From: a virus
Virus record (IMG/VR): IMGVR_UViG_3300037294_000405
Span: 1-64,000 of that record
Strand: one strand, 5' to 3'
DNA length: 64,000 nt
Shown piece after piece: positions 18,842 through 29,113 of the stretch. Every line of letters begins with the position of its first letter. Within the stretch, counting starts at the first letter, position 1. Under the pieces are notes generated by a model, which saw nothing but the letters and a program-made list of their open reading frames with translations, made no database searches and had not been told where the DNA came from. Both the position numbers and the translations under genes were made by a program.

Positions 18842-19225
18842 TTAGTTATCGTTATCGTCATTTACATCTTTGTTTTTTAACATTTCACGAATAGTTTTAA
18901 AATCACTAAGAGACGCAGAACCGTTACTTCTTTCAGAAATAGCGCCCTCAGCATCCCCTCTATTTTTAATGATATCGCTTTGTAATTTAGCCAATTCTAA
19001 TTTTATCCTAATAGCTGAATCTTTGATTTTTAATAAACCACCTTTTTCTTTAGCTACTTTAGTTAAATCATCAATATCTACTGGGGTAGCACTAGCTGAC
19101 AATTCATTGATTGTTTTTTGAGCGTCATTTATTTGTAAACATGCATCATTATAAGTTTCTTGCATTAGACCCTCTAGCGATTCATTGTTATTTACTTTAA
19201 CTTCTTGTTTTTTCTTTCTTCCCAT
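18842..19225 (-). CDS. Hypothetical helical protein
   Basis: 127-aa ORF behind a GTATTTAT motif. Confidence 0.75.
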   Translation of the reverse strand: MGRKKKQEVKVNNNESLEGLMQETYNDACLQINDAQKTINELSASATPVDIDDLTKVAKEKGGLLKIKDSAIRIKLELAKLQSDIIKNRGDAEGAISERSNGSASLSDFKTIREMLKNKDVNDDNDN

Positions 19226-19276
19226 GGTTTTTGTTTTACTATAAATACCTGTTAGTTTGGTTTTATCTTAATAATT

Positions 19277-20005
19277 CTATAAACCATGGTGTTTTAATAA
19301 CTCATAAAGCTCTTTGTATCTTTTCATAGCCAACCTAATATCTTTTGTTGATAAGTTGGTGTAATTTCTCATGGTTTCTAAAACAGAATTTTTATTATAT
19401 TTAGAACCACCATCCATAGATTCAAACGCTGTTTCCCAGTTTTCTAGAATTTCTATAAGAGCTAACCCTACTTTTCTTTCGTTATCATTTAATTTCTTTT
19501 TTTGTGGTTGATTTTCATCATTCATTTCTTCTTGGATACCGCTAGATAATTTTTTTAAAAAATTATCCATCATAAACCCATCACCATCAATAACATAAGT
19601 CATATCTGACCTTTCCTCTATACTTGACGACATATCTTCATAAGATGATGTCTGTTTCATATATTTTTCATCTTTTATTAATAACCCAAGAATATAATTC
19701 TTGGCTATTGTTCCAAAATATGAATAAGCTTTTTTTCCTCTTCCAGTTTCAAATTTATGTACTTTAGTCATCAGAAAAGAAACGGTGTCACCATGAAGTT
19801 CTTCAAAAGTTTCACCCTTTCTATATAATTTATATCTTCTGATGATTGATTCAACCATTTTATCTAATGGTGCTTTTAACCATTCATTGAAAATAAGATT
19901 TCTTTCTGCTTCACTATCTGATTCTAAAAATTTAACTACCGCTTCTTCTTCCTCTGGACCAAAATACATATCATTTTTCCTTTTACGCCCTCTTTTGGTA
20001 ATCAT
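19277..20005 (-). CDS. Phage sigma factor for late transcription (gp55-like)
   Basis: Region-2-like KVHKFETGRGKKAYSYFGTIAKNY. Confidence 0.7.
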   Translation of the reverse strand: MITKRGRKRKNDMYFGPEEEEAVVKFLESDSEAERNLIFNEWLKAPLDKMVESIIRRYKLYRKGETFEELHGDTVSFLMTKVHKFETGRGKKAYSYFGTIAKNYILGLLIKDEKYMKQTSSYEDMSSSIEERSDMTYVIDGDGFMMDNFLKKLSSGIQEEMNDENQPQKKKLNDNERKVGLALIEILENWETAFESMDGGSKYNKNSVLETMRNYTNLSTKDIRLAMKRYKELYELLKHHGL

Positions 20006-20008
20006 TTA

Positions 20009-20821
20009 TTAACTTTGTGAATCGTATGTTATCTGTCTATCTTTTGGGAAATAGTATTCTTTTTTTGCCGTTGATAACCACCACTTAGCCTCAATTGGGT
20101 CTAAGGTTTCTTTGTACTCTGAGAATAAAGAACCTGGTCTTTGATTTACGTGTTTGTAACCAAATCTAGGTACAACCATTACTCTAACATCCTTGAATGT
20201 CATTCGTAATAAAAACTCATAGATAAACGTTAATTTAATACTAGGTTTAAACCCACCGAATTCTTCATAAGTAGATTTTTTTATAACCATCCCATCAATA
20301 TTAAAGTTTTGATAAGTTAATAAAGCGTTATTATCTAAAATACCTAACTCGTCTGAAAAACTATTGGCCCAGACTGCTTCGTTGGTAAAACCAATAAAGT
20401 TTCCTACTGAATCTACATCGATTACAATTGGTAAGAATAAATCAACGTTGGTGTGTGCGTCTCTGTATTCGACAACATTTTTGAACCAAATTTTAGCGTA
20501 TTCATCATCGAATTCTAAAATAGAGAACCATTCTGTTTTGGAAACGGAAACACCATAATTAACTTGCGAGGCAAAATCGGTTGCACCATCATTTTCAGCG
20601 ATGATTACTAATTTTTTATTTTCACCAAAATCAAAAGATTTGATATATTTTGCTGTTTCACTTCCTTTAGGTACAACAATAATTAATTCGTCTGGTTGCA
20701 CTGTTTGGTCTGTAACGCTTTGGATTGCGTTTTGAAACATAGGTTTTGTTACTTCGTTCAACTCATGAACGGGTAAGATAACACTTATCCCATTTAATTC
20801 TTTATTTTTCATTTTTTTCAT
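20009..20821 (-). CDS. Glycosyltransferase family 2
   Basis: ISVILPVH, AIQSVTDQT, DELIIV, LEFDDE; start at ATG 20821 or 20812. Confidence 0.85.
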   Translation of the reverse strand: MKKMKNKELNGISVILPVHELNEVTKPMFQNAIQSVTDQTVQPDELIIVVPKGSETAKYIKSFDFGENKKLVIIAENDGATDFASQVNYGVSVSKTEWFSILEFDDEYAKIWFKNVVEYRDAHTNVDLFLPIVIDVDSVGNFIGFTNEAVWANSFSDELGILDNNALLTYQNFNIDGMVIKKSTYEEFGGFKPSIKLTFIYEFLLRMTFKDVRVMVVPRFGYKHVNQRPGSLFSEYKETLDPIEAKWWLSTAKKEYYFPKDRQITYDSQS

Positions 20822-21524
20822 TTTTATTATTTTTATTATTTTTACTAGCATTTTTATTATTAAAATAACTACATTTTGGAATATTTATTTTAACCATTAT
20901 TTCACCATTTCTTCTAACCCAAACAAAACCTTTTGCTGTTAAATTTGTTTTATCTAACGTTTGTTGTATTTGTCTATCACTTATTTTAAAATTATTTTTG
21001 ACTTCCACCACAGAGTCCCATATTTTAATCAAATTACCAAATCTATCATATTGTAATATCTGGATAGTTCTTGGGTCATGATATACTTTAACATATTTTT
21101 CATATGACCAAATAAATCCTTTAGAGCTACTTAAAACACCCTTACAAACTTTTAATATTGCTGAATTATCAAAACCTAAAATTCTATTTATTTCAGCTGC
21201 CGTTTCCCATTCTTTTATGAATTTACCTTTTTTATCAAATTGGTAAATTTTGTTGAATTTTGTTTGACCACCAGTACCACCCTCCGATATATTATAACCG
21301 AATGTTGTTGCCAATAATTCGGTTATCCAATACTTCTCACGGTTATTTAACTCTTTCCTAGTAGTACATGTTTCAAGTATTTCTTTTTTAAAATTTTCCC
21401 GACCATTTTTATTTACAGCCAACTTAAGTATTTTACCAGAACCTAAATATTCTGGATTATTCTTTTCATCTTTACCAACATAAATTTTTCCGTTTAATAA
21501 ATTTGTCGTTTTATATATAATCAT
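20802..21524 (-). CDS. Free-standing GIY-YIG homing endonuclease (Seg-like) with NUMOD1-like repeats
   Basis: IIYKTTNLLNGKIYVGK, YLGSG, GYNISEGGTGG, two IxQxDxxGxxIKxW repeats; ATG 21524 follows an ATATTTAT motif at 21539-21546. Confidence 0.9.
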   Translation of the reverse strand: MIIYKTTNLLNGKIYVGKDEKNNPEYLGSGKILKLAVNKNGRENFKKEILETCTTRKELNNREKYWITELLATTFGYNISEGGTGGQTKFNKIYQFDKKGKFIKEWETAAEINRILGFDNSAILKVCKGVLSSSKGFIWSYEKYVKVYHDPRTIQILQYDRFGNLIKIWDSVVEVKNNFKISDRQIQQTLDKTNLTAKGFVWVRRNGEIMVKINIPKCSYFNNKNASKNNKNNKNEKNEK

Positions 21525-21578
21525 ATAATTCTTTTTATATAAATATCTAATAACTGGCAAAAAGACTGAAAGCTTGAT

Positions 21579-21623
21579 TTAAATATTAACTGGAAGGATT
21601 ACTGAAATATTTGTTTTTGTCAT
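21579..21623 (-). pseudogene. Orphaned former 5' end of the GT2 gene (MTKTNISVILPVNI*)
   Basis: ISVILPV identical to the GT2 N-terminus; ATG lies 16 nt after the upstream gene stop. Confidence 0.8.
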
Positions 21624-21639
21624 TTGTATATAAATTTAA

Positions 21640-22788
21640 TTAAACGTTAGTTGTTTGTGTTTTAGCGTCTTCTAATTTAGCTAAAGAATTTTGCATCTCT
21701 AAGATTCTGTTATTAGTTAAAGTATCGTATGCTTTAGATAACGCATCTTTTTGTTTTTCTTCCGTGTATAACCCTTGAGAACCTTTAATTCCTTCAATCA
21801 AATCATTCGGTACAGAGTCTTCTAACCAAACTTTTAAATAAGTTGCAATTAATTCTGGGATATTCATAGTTGTGTTCGTCCAAACACCATTGTTATTGAT
21901 AACTAAGTTACCTTCTTCATCTCTAGTTTCCATCCATTCTGGGATAAGATTAGGCATTTTACCAATAACTGTTGTGTTACATTCAATAGCCTCTAAAGGG
22001 AATGTCCCAAAACCAGAAGTATCGTCAACCCATACAGCTAGACAAGATTTAGCTAATTCAGTGGCGAATTGTTGTCTAGGTAAACCCCTTAATTCTTTAA
22101 AAGTAATCCATTTATAAATTGGAAATTGTAAATAAAATGATTTAGCAATTTTAGCCGCATCACCTTGGTTTCTAGTAAGGATTGATACAACTGGAATTTT
22201 AGGTTTATCACTGTCTTTAAAATAAGACGGGATTGATACTGGCACAACTTGTGTGTTAATTGATGGGAATAACGATTTTAAATAATCAGCTTGTTTTTCT
22301 GAAGTTGTTATTACATCATTAAAACCATAATCAGTATTCCATCTTTTACCGATAGGTAATAACTCCAATAAGTAATCATAACTTTGCGAGAAAACTACTT
22401 TTTTACATGGGAACCCTTTTACTTGGTCCATAATGTTTGAAAAAATTTCTGGTATGACAATAATGTCAGCTGGGCTAATATTTAAGTTCTGCCCTTCAAT
22501 TGAGATGTGTGGCAATGAAGCATATTCTTCACCTAACCATTCACTAACACCTTGACCATTTTCATCGGCTTTTAATTTGTAATCGTTTTTTTCATGTAGA
22601 ATAGCGGCTTTATAACCTAATTCATTAAGCATTTTAACGTGCTCATAGATGTTTGCGATACCAGCTGTAGGGTTACCTTTAGTATCTAGGGTAAAGAAAT
22701 AAATATTAAAATCTTTATCTTCTAAATTTTTGATTACTTTGGTAACGTTATCGATTTGTTCTTCCATTTTTTTTGTTTGTTCTTCCAT
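21640..22788 (-). CDS. Putative GT-B glycosyltransferase
   Basis: DIIVIPEIF, SGFGTFPLEAIECNTTVIG (GT4-like ExFGxxxxEA). Confidence 0.7.
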   Translation of the reverse strand: MEEQTKKMEEQIDNVTKVIKNLEDKDFNIYFFTLDTKGNPTAGIANIYEHVKMLNELGYKAAILHEKNDYKLKADENGQGVSEWLGEEYASLPHISIEGQNLNISPADIIVIPEIFSNIMDQVKGFPCKKVVFSQSYDYLLELLPIGKRWNTDYGFNDVITTSEKQADYLKSLFPSINTQVVPVSIPSYFKDSDKPKIPVVSILTRNQGDAAKIAKSFYLQFPIYKWITFKELRGLPRQQFATELAKSCLAVWVDDTSGFGTFPLEAIECNTTVIGKMPNLIPEWMETRDEEGNLVINNNGVWTNTTMNIPELIATYLKVWLEDSVPNDLIEGIKGSQGLYTEEKQKDALSKAYDTLTNNRILEMQNSLAKLEDAKTQTTNV

Positions 22789-22808
22789 TTTTTTTTATTT
22801 TTTGGTTG

Positions 22809-23165
22809 TTATATTTCTTTTAATATGTTATAATTTTTTAGCGTGTTAAACGCTATTCTATACGATACTGGTTTTTTGTTTAAAGCTCTTTCAGTACCTA
22901 ACGAATCGTCTGGTTCTTCATCTACGTCATCCATAAGAACATCAATTAACATTCTTATCGTTTCGTATTTAGTTGAGTCTAAATCAATACCTCGTTCTCT
23001 AAATGTTTCTAATATTTCACTACCAGTGACATCACCTTTTTCGTCAGTATAAGTTTTTACAACTCTTTCAATAATGACATCTTTAGGTTTTTGACCTTTT
23101 ATTTTAATTGCTTCGTTTAAAGCATCTAAATCTAGTTGATAGATTATTCCTCCAAATTCAATCAT
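22809..23165 (-). CDS. Hypothetical protein
   Basis: 118-aa ORF in operon. Confidence 0.75.
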   Translation of the reverse strand: MIEFGGIIYQLDLDALNEAIKIKGQKPKDVIIERVVKTYTDEKGDVTGSEILETFRERGIDLDSTKYETIRMLIDVLMDDVDEEPDDSLGTERALNKKPVSYRIAFNTLKNYNILKEI

Positions 23166-23169
23166 ATTT

Positions 23170-23772
23170 TTAAATTTCTTCGTAAGTTGTTGTTATTGTT
23201 GTTAAAATACTATTTCTAAGTTCTTCATCGTTAATAAAATCCAAAATTGAGTTAATCTGATAATCAGAAGACACTTCTTTATTGTAAGAGGCGTTGACTT
23301 TCACACTTATTTTACCAGAAGGTTTGTTTTCTAAGGCTACTGGGTTAGCAGTAATTAATACATCACAATCACCCCATTCATCAGAGTTTTGTTTAACGAA
23401 TCTAATGTTTCCAATTCGACAACTGGTTTTAGATAAGAAGAAATAGGTGGATGGAATACTTTTATCGATTTCACGACTCACCAATTCAACTTGGTGTTCA
23501 CCGTCATCGACAATATCCATAATAAAATTATTAAAATGGTTAATTAAACCATCAGACATTTGGTCAGCATGACCAAAAATTTCTAGAGGTGCTTCTAAAT
23601 ATAGAAACGAATTAAGTTTGTTAACGTTATCGAATTTAAAATGTTCTATTAAATTAAAATTTGTAACGTCTTCTTCAGTTAAATCAGTTTCACCAACATA
23701 CTTATCATATGTGTAAACTAATTGCCCGATAAAATCTCTTAAAACCTCATTTATACTTATACCTATTTTCAT
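23170..23772 (-). CDS. HAD/5'(3')-deoxyribonucleotidase-like protein with degenerate DxD motif
   Basis: MKIGISINEVLRDF resembles IxIDIDGVLxDF; CDVLITANP, VNASYN resemble NT5C C-terminus. Confidence 0.6.
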   Translation of the reverse strand: MKIGISINEVLRDFIGQLVYTYDKYVGETDLTEEDVTNFNLIEHFKFDNVNKLNSFLYLEAPLEIFGHADQMSDGLINHFNNFIMDIVDDGEHQVELVSREIDKSIPSTYFFLSKTSCRIGNIRFVKQNSDEWGDCDVLITANPVALENKPSGKISVKVNASYNKEVSSDYQINSILDFINDEELRNSILTTITTTYEEI

Positions 23773-23825
23773 GATACCAATTTACGGAATAATTATCAAT
23801 AAGTAAAGTAAATTTTATAAATTAT

Positions 23826-25799
23826 CTATTTTTTTTTAAAAAAGTTTAAAAAACTAAATAAACCAGATTCTTTAATGATTCTATTTGATGGTGGTTTTGG
23901 TACCGTAATTTTTTTGTAGTCTTTATGTTCAAAAATGTTTATAAAATATTTTGTTAACCTATGTCTAACAACTTCATTTTCAGTAAATTCAACTACATTA
24001 ACACCTTCTTCTGGGTGTAATTTAGCCATTCTGACTAACTCACCTAAACAACTAGATTCTGGTTTTTTTAAATCTACTTGATTGCTATCACCTAGAGCTA
24101 TCACTTTGGTGTTTTCAGAGAAACGAGTAAGAAGCGTTTTTCCGTTGTTATCGGTAACGTTTTGAAATTCATCAAATAAAACTATGCAGTTTGATAGTGA
24201 CCTACCACGAATAGAACCAAAAACCTCCATTTTAATGTAACCAGCTTCTAATAATTTATTTGTAAGTTCTTCACCAATTAGTTTATAAAAAGCGTCAAAG
24301 AAAGACATCATAATAAATTTTAATTTATCTCTTTCATCACCAGGTAAAGTACCTAAATCCTCATCTTTAAGTTGAACGATTGATTTAACTAGTTTAATTT
24401 CATAATAAATTTCTGGGTTAGTTTTTAATAAGATTAACGCCTCAGCAACACTTAATAAGGTGTTATGCGTTACAATACAATCATTTGTTAAATATAAATG
24501 GTTTTCGTCATTTACAGAAATACATTGAGCCTTTTTCTTACCTATTAGTTCAACATTTTTAATATACCGAATAGGAAAATATTTAACTCTTTGTTTCATT
24601 AGATTTATTTTCCTATCTAATTTAAATGGTATTACCCCTAGTGGTAAGTTAATATGTAGCGAATAAATAACCTTACATTCTTTTACCTCACCATTTAGTT
24701 TTCTATATTTACCTATTTTTTGTGTTTTTTTAACTATACCACCAAGTGATTGTACTATAAAGGTTACTCCATCTATTAACTTCTCAGAAGTAGAATAGAA
24801 TAACGGTGTACCAGTTTTTGTATCCACGGAACCATCAGTGTCTAATAACCCCCTTAAAATTTCTAATCTAGTGTTAGTATCGTTAATTAGATATTCTTCT
24901 GGAATGAATTTGTATGAAGAAGTTAATCCAAATAAATTAACTTCACGTAAATACTCTGTTATATCATTTTTTTTAACCCCAACCGACTTTATAATATAAT
25001 TTTGACCATATTTTTCTTTTAGAATATGATTTTTTGGTAAAATATTAGAAATCGTTTCAACAATTTGTACATCATTTGTTGTTAAGGATATTGCTGGTGT
25101 GGTAAAACCACCATCACCTAATAAACAACCTAATAAATAAGGGTCAATAGTAACTTCTTTGGTTTTAAATTCAATTTGTTTAACAATTGGAATTGAGTGA
25201 TTGACTTTTTGTGATTTTTTACCAACAACTAACGAATTCATAATATCAATCGTATTTCTAACTGAACCTTTATTTGGATTTTTACCGATATAAATACGTT
25301 TCCCATTATCATCAGTTACTCTTTTACGTTTATTCCTCTCTTCATAGGTTTGAGTAAACCATAAATGTTCACCACAACACTCAGTTTGTGTTCCATCTGA
25401 AAAAGAAATTAAATAAATTTCTTTTTCACCTTGTGGGTAAACACCATCTACTAATATAGGGGTACCATTAACCCCAATAACCTCATCACCTACATTAATA
25501 TCACACATTTTAACATACCCTTTTGGGGTTAAAATTAATGAATCAAGTGGTTGGGCTTTACCAGTACCAGCTGGGCCAGTACAAATAGTTACATCACCAT
25601 TTTTGATTGATTGGGTGAGTTTTTTCTGAACTTCATTCTTATGTTTTAAATCTATTTTTATCTGACTAAGTAAATCTTGTTTTATGTGTGCCGAAGAAAC
25701 AATTTCTTTAGTTTCTGTTTTTTTAGTTCTAGTGGTTCTAGTGGTTCTAGCTGATTTAGCAGCAGTTGTTTTTAATGGTGTTGAAACTTTTCTTGACAT
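23826..25799 (-). CDS. phoH: PhoH-like ATPase containing an intein
   Basis: GPAGTGK|T, LGTLPGD, IRGRSL, DEFQN, GDSNQVDL, VVRH. Confidence 0.93.
   Translation of the reverse strand: MSRKVSTPLKTTAAKSARTTRTTRTKKTETKEIVSSAHIKQDLLSQIKIDLKHKNEVQKKLTQSIKNGDVTICTGPAGTGKAQPLDSLILTPKGYVKMCDINVGDEVIGVNGTPILVDGVYPQGEKEIYLISFSDGTQTECCGEHLWFTQTYEERNKRKRVTDDNGKRIYIGKNPNKGSVRNTIDIMNSLVVGKKSQKVNHSIPIVKQIEFKTKEVTIDPYLLGCLLGDGGFTTPAISLTTNDVQIVETISNILPKNHILKEKYGQNYIIKSVGVKKNDITEYLREVNLFGLTSSYKFIPEEYLINDTNTRLEILRGLLDTDGSVDTKTGTPLFYSTSEKLIDGVTFIVQSLGGIVKKTQKIGKYRKLNGEVKECKVIYSLHINLPLGVIPFKLDRKINLMKQRVKYFPIRYIKNVELIGKKKAQCISVNDENHLYLTNDCIVTHNTLLSVAEALILLKTNPEIYYEIKLVKSIVQLKDEDLGTLPGDERDKLKFIMMSFFDAFYKLIGEELTNKLLEAGYIKMEVFGSIRGRSLSNCIVLFDEFQNVTDNNGKTLLTRFSENTKVIALGDSNQVDLKKPESSCLGELVRMAKLHPEEGVNVVEFTENEVVRHRLTKYFINIFEHKDYKKITVPKPPSNRIIKESGLFSFLNFFKKK
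24462..25556 (-). mobile_element. Class-3-type intein (365 aa, LAGLIDADG) in the PhoH P-loop
   Basis: Starts AQPLDS right after GTGK; EHLW, AQCISV, IVTHN|T; LLGCLLGDG and LRGLLDTDG. Confidence 0.92.
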
Positions 25800-25842
25800 A
25801 AATTTGTTTTATTAATAAATATAGCTCATATTATCAATTATT

Positions 25843-26781
25843 TTATTTTTTAGTTTTATCAGCATATTTTTTATCGAGTTCTTCCACTCTGTGTCCCTCC
25901 ATTATGTCTTTACCGTTTACTATAGTGTTGGCGATGAACTTAATAACATATGACCCATTAAACTCTATAATTTTATCAAAAGATTCGATTTCGTATTCAA
26001 ATTCTAAAAAATCAGAAACACCTAAAGATTTATACGTTACAAACTCAACAGATTTAAAATTTAACATGTTAGAATGTCGTGGGTTTTCAATAGCTTTTTT
26101 TATAGCATTAATAAATAAACGACTAGTCCTATTATATTCATCTGGATAAATACTAACATAAAACTCCAACATTTTTTTTGTTTTACTTATTTTCCTAACA
26201 ACTAATTTTTTTGTAAAGTTTTCTATCGAAAAACTAGAAGCCTCATTTCTAATTATTTTAATAGGTTTTTCCGATTTGTTTGTTGCAAAGTATTCTAAAC
26301 TATCTATTTCACCATGACTGGCACTAATTATTTCACCATTATCACCATAGTTGATATCAACTTGGTCGTAAACACTCACATATTCATTATCCATAACTTC
26401 ATTACTTCCAGAAGCAATTTCACTATTATCAATAACCATTTCAACAATAAAATTATCTACTTCATCAACTTTAACTTTTTTAAGAGCTTTTTTATTATCT
26501 CGTTTTATTACTTTAGTAATTGGTATACCATCATTATCGTAACCAATAATTTTAGCTGTAACACCTTCACTTGCTTTAAGTATTTTATATGTTCGCCATT
26601 TTAAATTTAAAACTTCTTGCGTTATTTCACCGTTGATTAATGAATCAGCTAATTGTCCTTGGGTTAACCGCCAAGATTGTGAAACATCATTACTTAACCC
26701 TCCACCTATTTGTCCAAGAGCATTTTTTTCAACGTTGCTTAACGCTAACGATAAAATACCCATCCATTTTTTAATACCCAT
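25843..26781 (-). CDS. Hypothetical protein
   Basis: 312-aa ORF. Confidence 0.8.
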   Translation of the reverse strand: MGIKKWMGILSLALSNVEKNALGQIGGGLSNDVSQSWRLTQGQLADSLINGEITQEVLNLKWRTYKILKASEGVTAKIIGYDNDGIPITKVIKRDNKKALKKVKVDEVDNFIVEMVIDNSEIASGSNEVMDNEYVSVYDQVDINYGDNGEIISASHGEIDSLEYFATNKSEKPIKIIRNEASSFSIENFTKKLVVRKISKTKKMLEFYVSIYPDEYNRTSRLFINAIKKAIENPRHSNMLNFKSVEFVTYKSLGVSDFLEFEYEIESFDKIIEFNGSYVIKFIANTIVNGKDIMEGHRVEELDKKYADKTKK

Positions 26782-27779
26782 TATAATATTTTTTTAAAAA
26801 TTTCAATTATTTTTTTCGATGAACTACCATTACCGTATGGTGATTCAACATCGATAATATATTCCTTTATTTGAGAATCGAAACTTGGTTTTAAATCACT
26901 AGGTTCAATTACCATATAACTACTTAAACCAATAGATTCTGGTCTTTCAGTAATTTTTCTACATACCAAACATTTTTTATTAAAGAAAGAACATTCTTCT
27001 TGAAGACCCCCACTATCTGTGATTACTATTTTTGTTTTAACCAACAACTCTAATAAATTAGAATGTGTCATTGGTTCGATAACTGTGACGTTCGTTAAAA
27101 TATCTTTGTGTTTTAAAACATTAGGGTTTGGGTGAATTGGCAAAATAAACTCAAGTTCTGGGTTTTCTTTTGCCAATTTATTGATTTCATTAAACCATAA
27201 ATCGATTTGGTCATGGTTTTCACGTCTGTGAAGCGTAACTAAAACTTTATCTGTGTATTCACATTTGTCTTTGTAATGGATTAAATTATCCAACACAGTA
27301 TTTCCAACAACATAGATATCACCTAACGTATGCTCGCTCTCTAGGTTTTTACGGTTTAATTCAGTAGGACATAGATGCACTTTAGCTATCGTAGAAACGA
27401 TTCTTCTGTTGTTCTCTTCTGGATATGGGTTTTCGGTATCATAAGTCCTTAAACCAGCCTCTAAATGGATAACAGGTATTTGTCTGTGTAATGCCGATAA
27501 CGCCAAACCAGTAACGGATGTTGTATCCCCTTGCACCAAAATGTGTGTGATGTCATTTAAAAACTCATCTGGAATGTTCATACAATTTATTATAATATTA
27601 TCCAATCTATTTTTACCATAGTCTAGACCAGTCAAATAATAATCAAATATACCGTTTGAGATTGTTTTATGTTGACCAGTAAATAATATTTTAAATGGAA
27701 TATTTTCTTTTTCCATTTCGTCAATCAAAGGTTTAATTTTGATGAATTCTGGTCGAGTACCGTAAGTTAATAAAATCAT
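26781..27779 (-). CDS. wecB: UDP-N-acetylglucosamine 2-epimerase
   Basis: GTRPEFIK, FTGQH, VQGDTT, HLEAGLRT, PYPEENNR, TLHRREN, TDSGGLQEE, ERPE. Confidence 0.95.
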   Translation of the reverse strand: MILLTYGTRPEFIKIKPLIDEMEKENIPFKILFTGQHKTISNGIFDYYLTGLDYGKNRLDNIIINCMNIPDEFLNDITHILVQGDTTSVTGLALSALHRQIPVIHLEAGLRTYDTENPYPEENNRRIVSTIAKVHLCPTELNRKNLESEHTLGDIYVVGNTVLDNLIHYKDKCEYTDKVLVTLHRRENHDQIDLWFNEINKLAKENPELEFILPIHPNPNVLKHKDILTNVTVIEPMTHSNLLELLVKTKIVITDSGGLQEECSFFNKKCLVCRKITERPESIGLSSYMVIEPSDLKPSFDSQIKEYIIDVESPYGNGSSSKKIIEIFKKIL

Positions 27780-28384
27780 TTTATTTTATTTTTAAAAAAT
27801 ACTTCATTATTCCAATTAACCTTGTAGGTTAAATCACCATTAACTAATTCGTGCGTAACTTGAATCCAATCAATTAAACTTGTATATTTACCTATACCCA
27901 TTTGATTGTGTAATTCTATCCCAATATAACCTATATTAGACAAATCTTTATTTAATAAAAACTCATATTCTGAATTTTCACAATCAATTTTCATGTAGTC
28001 AATATATTTTTCATTTATTTTACCGAATAATGTGTTGATATCTACAGATTTAACTTTATTCACAACATTATCACCCCAATCACTATTTAATAATTCGCTT
28101 TTAACACCAACAGACCCATGGTCATTGTTACTATGACCAACTAATTCTAACTCAATATCTGAAATTGACCACGCAGCTAAATTAAAACCGTAAATGTTTT
28201 CATCTAACTCAAACCTTGTTATTAGATTATCAAATAATTGTTTTTGAGGCTCAATAAAATATATTTTCTTAAAATGTTTTTTATATTTGTCAGTGAAATC
28301 ACCTAAATTACACCCAACATCTACACACACACCACCAGTAGTCTCATGTGGTACCGTATAATACCCTAAATTAATGTTTCCCAT
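27776..28384 (-). CDS. FkbM-family SAM-dependent methyltransferase
   Basis: VDVGCNLGDF, FIEP, IDYMKIDCENSE, IELH. Confidence 0.85.
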   Translation of the reverse strand: MGNINLGYYTVPHETTGGVCVDVGCNLGDFTDKYKKHFKKIYFIEPQKQLFDNLITRFELDENIYGFNLAAWSISDIELELVGHSNNDHGSVGVKSELLNSDWGDNVVNKVKSVDINTLFGKINEKYIDYMKIDCENSEYEFLLNKDLSNIGYIGIELHNQMGIGKYTSLIDWIQVTHELVNGDLTYKVNWNNEVFFKNKIK

Positions 28385-28397
28385 TTTATTTATTTAT

Positions 28398-29102
28398 TTA
28401 TTTATCACCCCAAACACATATTCTATTAGAATATATTGAGTTTTCATTTTTTACGTAGTAATCTCTTTTAAACCCTTCGCTTTGCAACCATGGATTTAGT
28501 GTTGACCCTATATCCAAATAAGTGTTATTTTTATTCGTTTCCCATAATTGATGGGATAACATATTACCAAATGGTCCACACGCAAATAAAAATAATTTAC
28601 CAATAGTATTTTCTTTTTTAATTTCCTCAATTAATTCATAATTTTCCCTCCAAGCAGTATTTTCAACTGGGTAAAATTTTTCAATTTTAAATGGCAAGTT
28701 TTCAATTTTAGCGTTTTTATTCGCAACTAAATAAACAGCCCATTTTTTATATTCATCGATAAAATTTTCACAATAAAAATCATAATTAGCGTTCACAAAA
28801 ATATTCGCAAAAGTTAAGTTGTTATCGTCTTGTCCACTGTAATCAACCATATCTCTATGGTCTGAACCAGTACAACATGGGCAACTTACACCAACGTAAT
28901 AATCGTTATCTTTATATTGAAATGATTCAGTTAATTTTTGACGATAAAATTTATCATCTTTAGTGTAATTAAATTCACCATTATTAACTGGCATATCTCT
29001 CATCATCAACCATTCACCATCTGCAAACTTACTAAAAGAAAACGGTGCCCTATTTTTTAAGCGTTCAAATAAAACCTCTATTTCGTTTTTAAAATTTTTC
29101 AT
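28398..29102 (-). CDS. Putative GT-D-fold (DUF1792-like) glycosyltransferase
   Basis: FSFSKFADGE, LFACGPFG, YLDIGS motifs. Confidence 0.6.
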   Translation of the reverse strand: MKNFKNEIEVLFERLKNRAPFSFSKFADGEWLMMRDMPVNNGEFNYTKDDKFYRQKLTESFQYKDNDYYVGVSCPCCTGSDHRDMVDYSGQDDNNLTFANIFVNANYDFYCENFIDEYKKWAVYLVANKNAKIENLPFKIEKFYPVENTAWRENYELIEEIKKENTIGKLFLFACGPFGNMLSHQLWETNKNNTYLDIGSTLNPWLQSEGFKRDYYVKNENSIYSNRICVWGDK

Positions 29103-29113
29103 ATATTTTTTTT

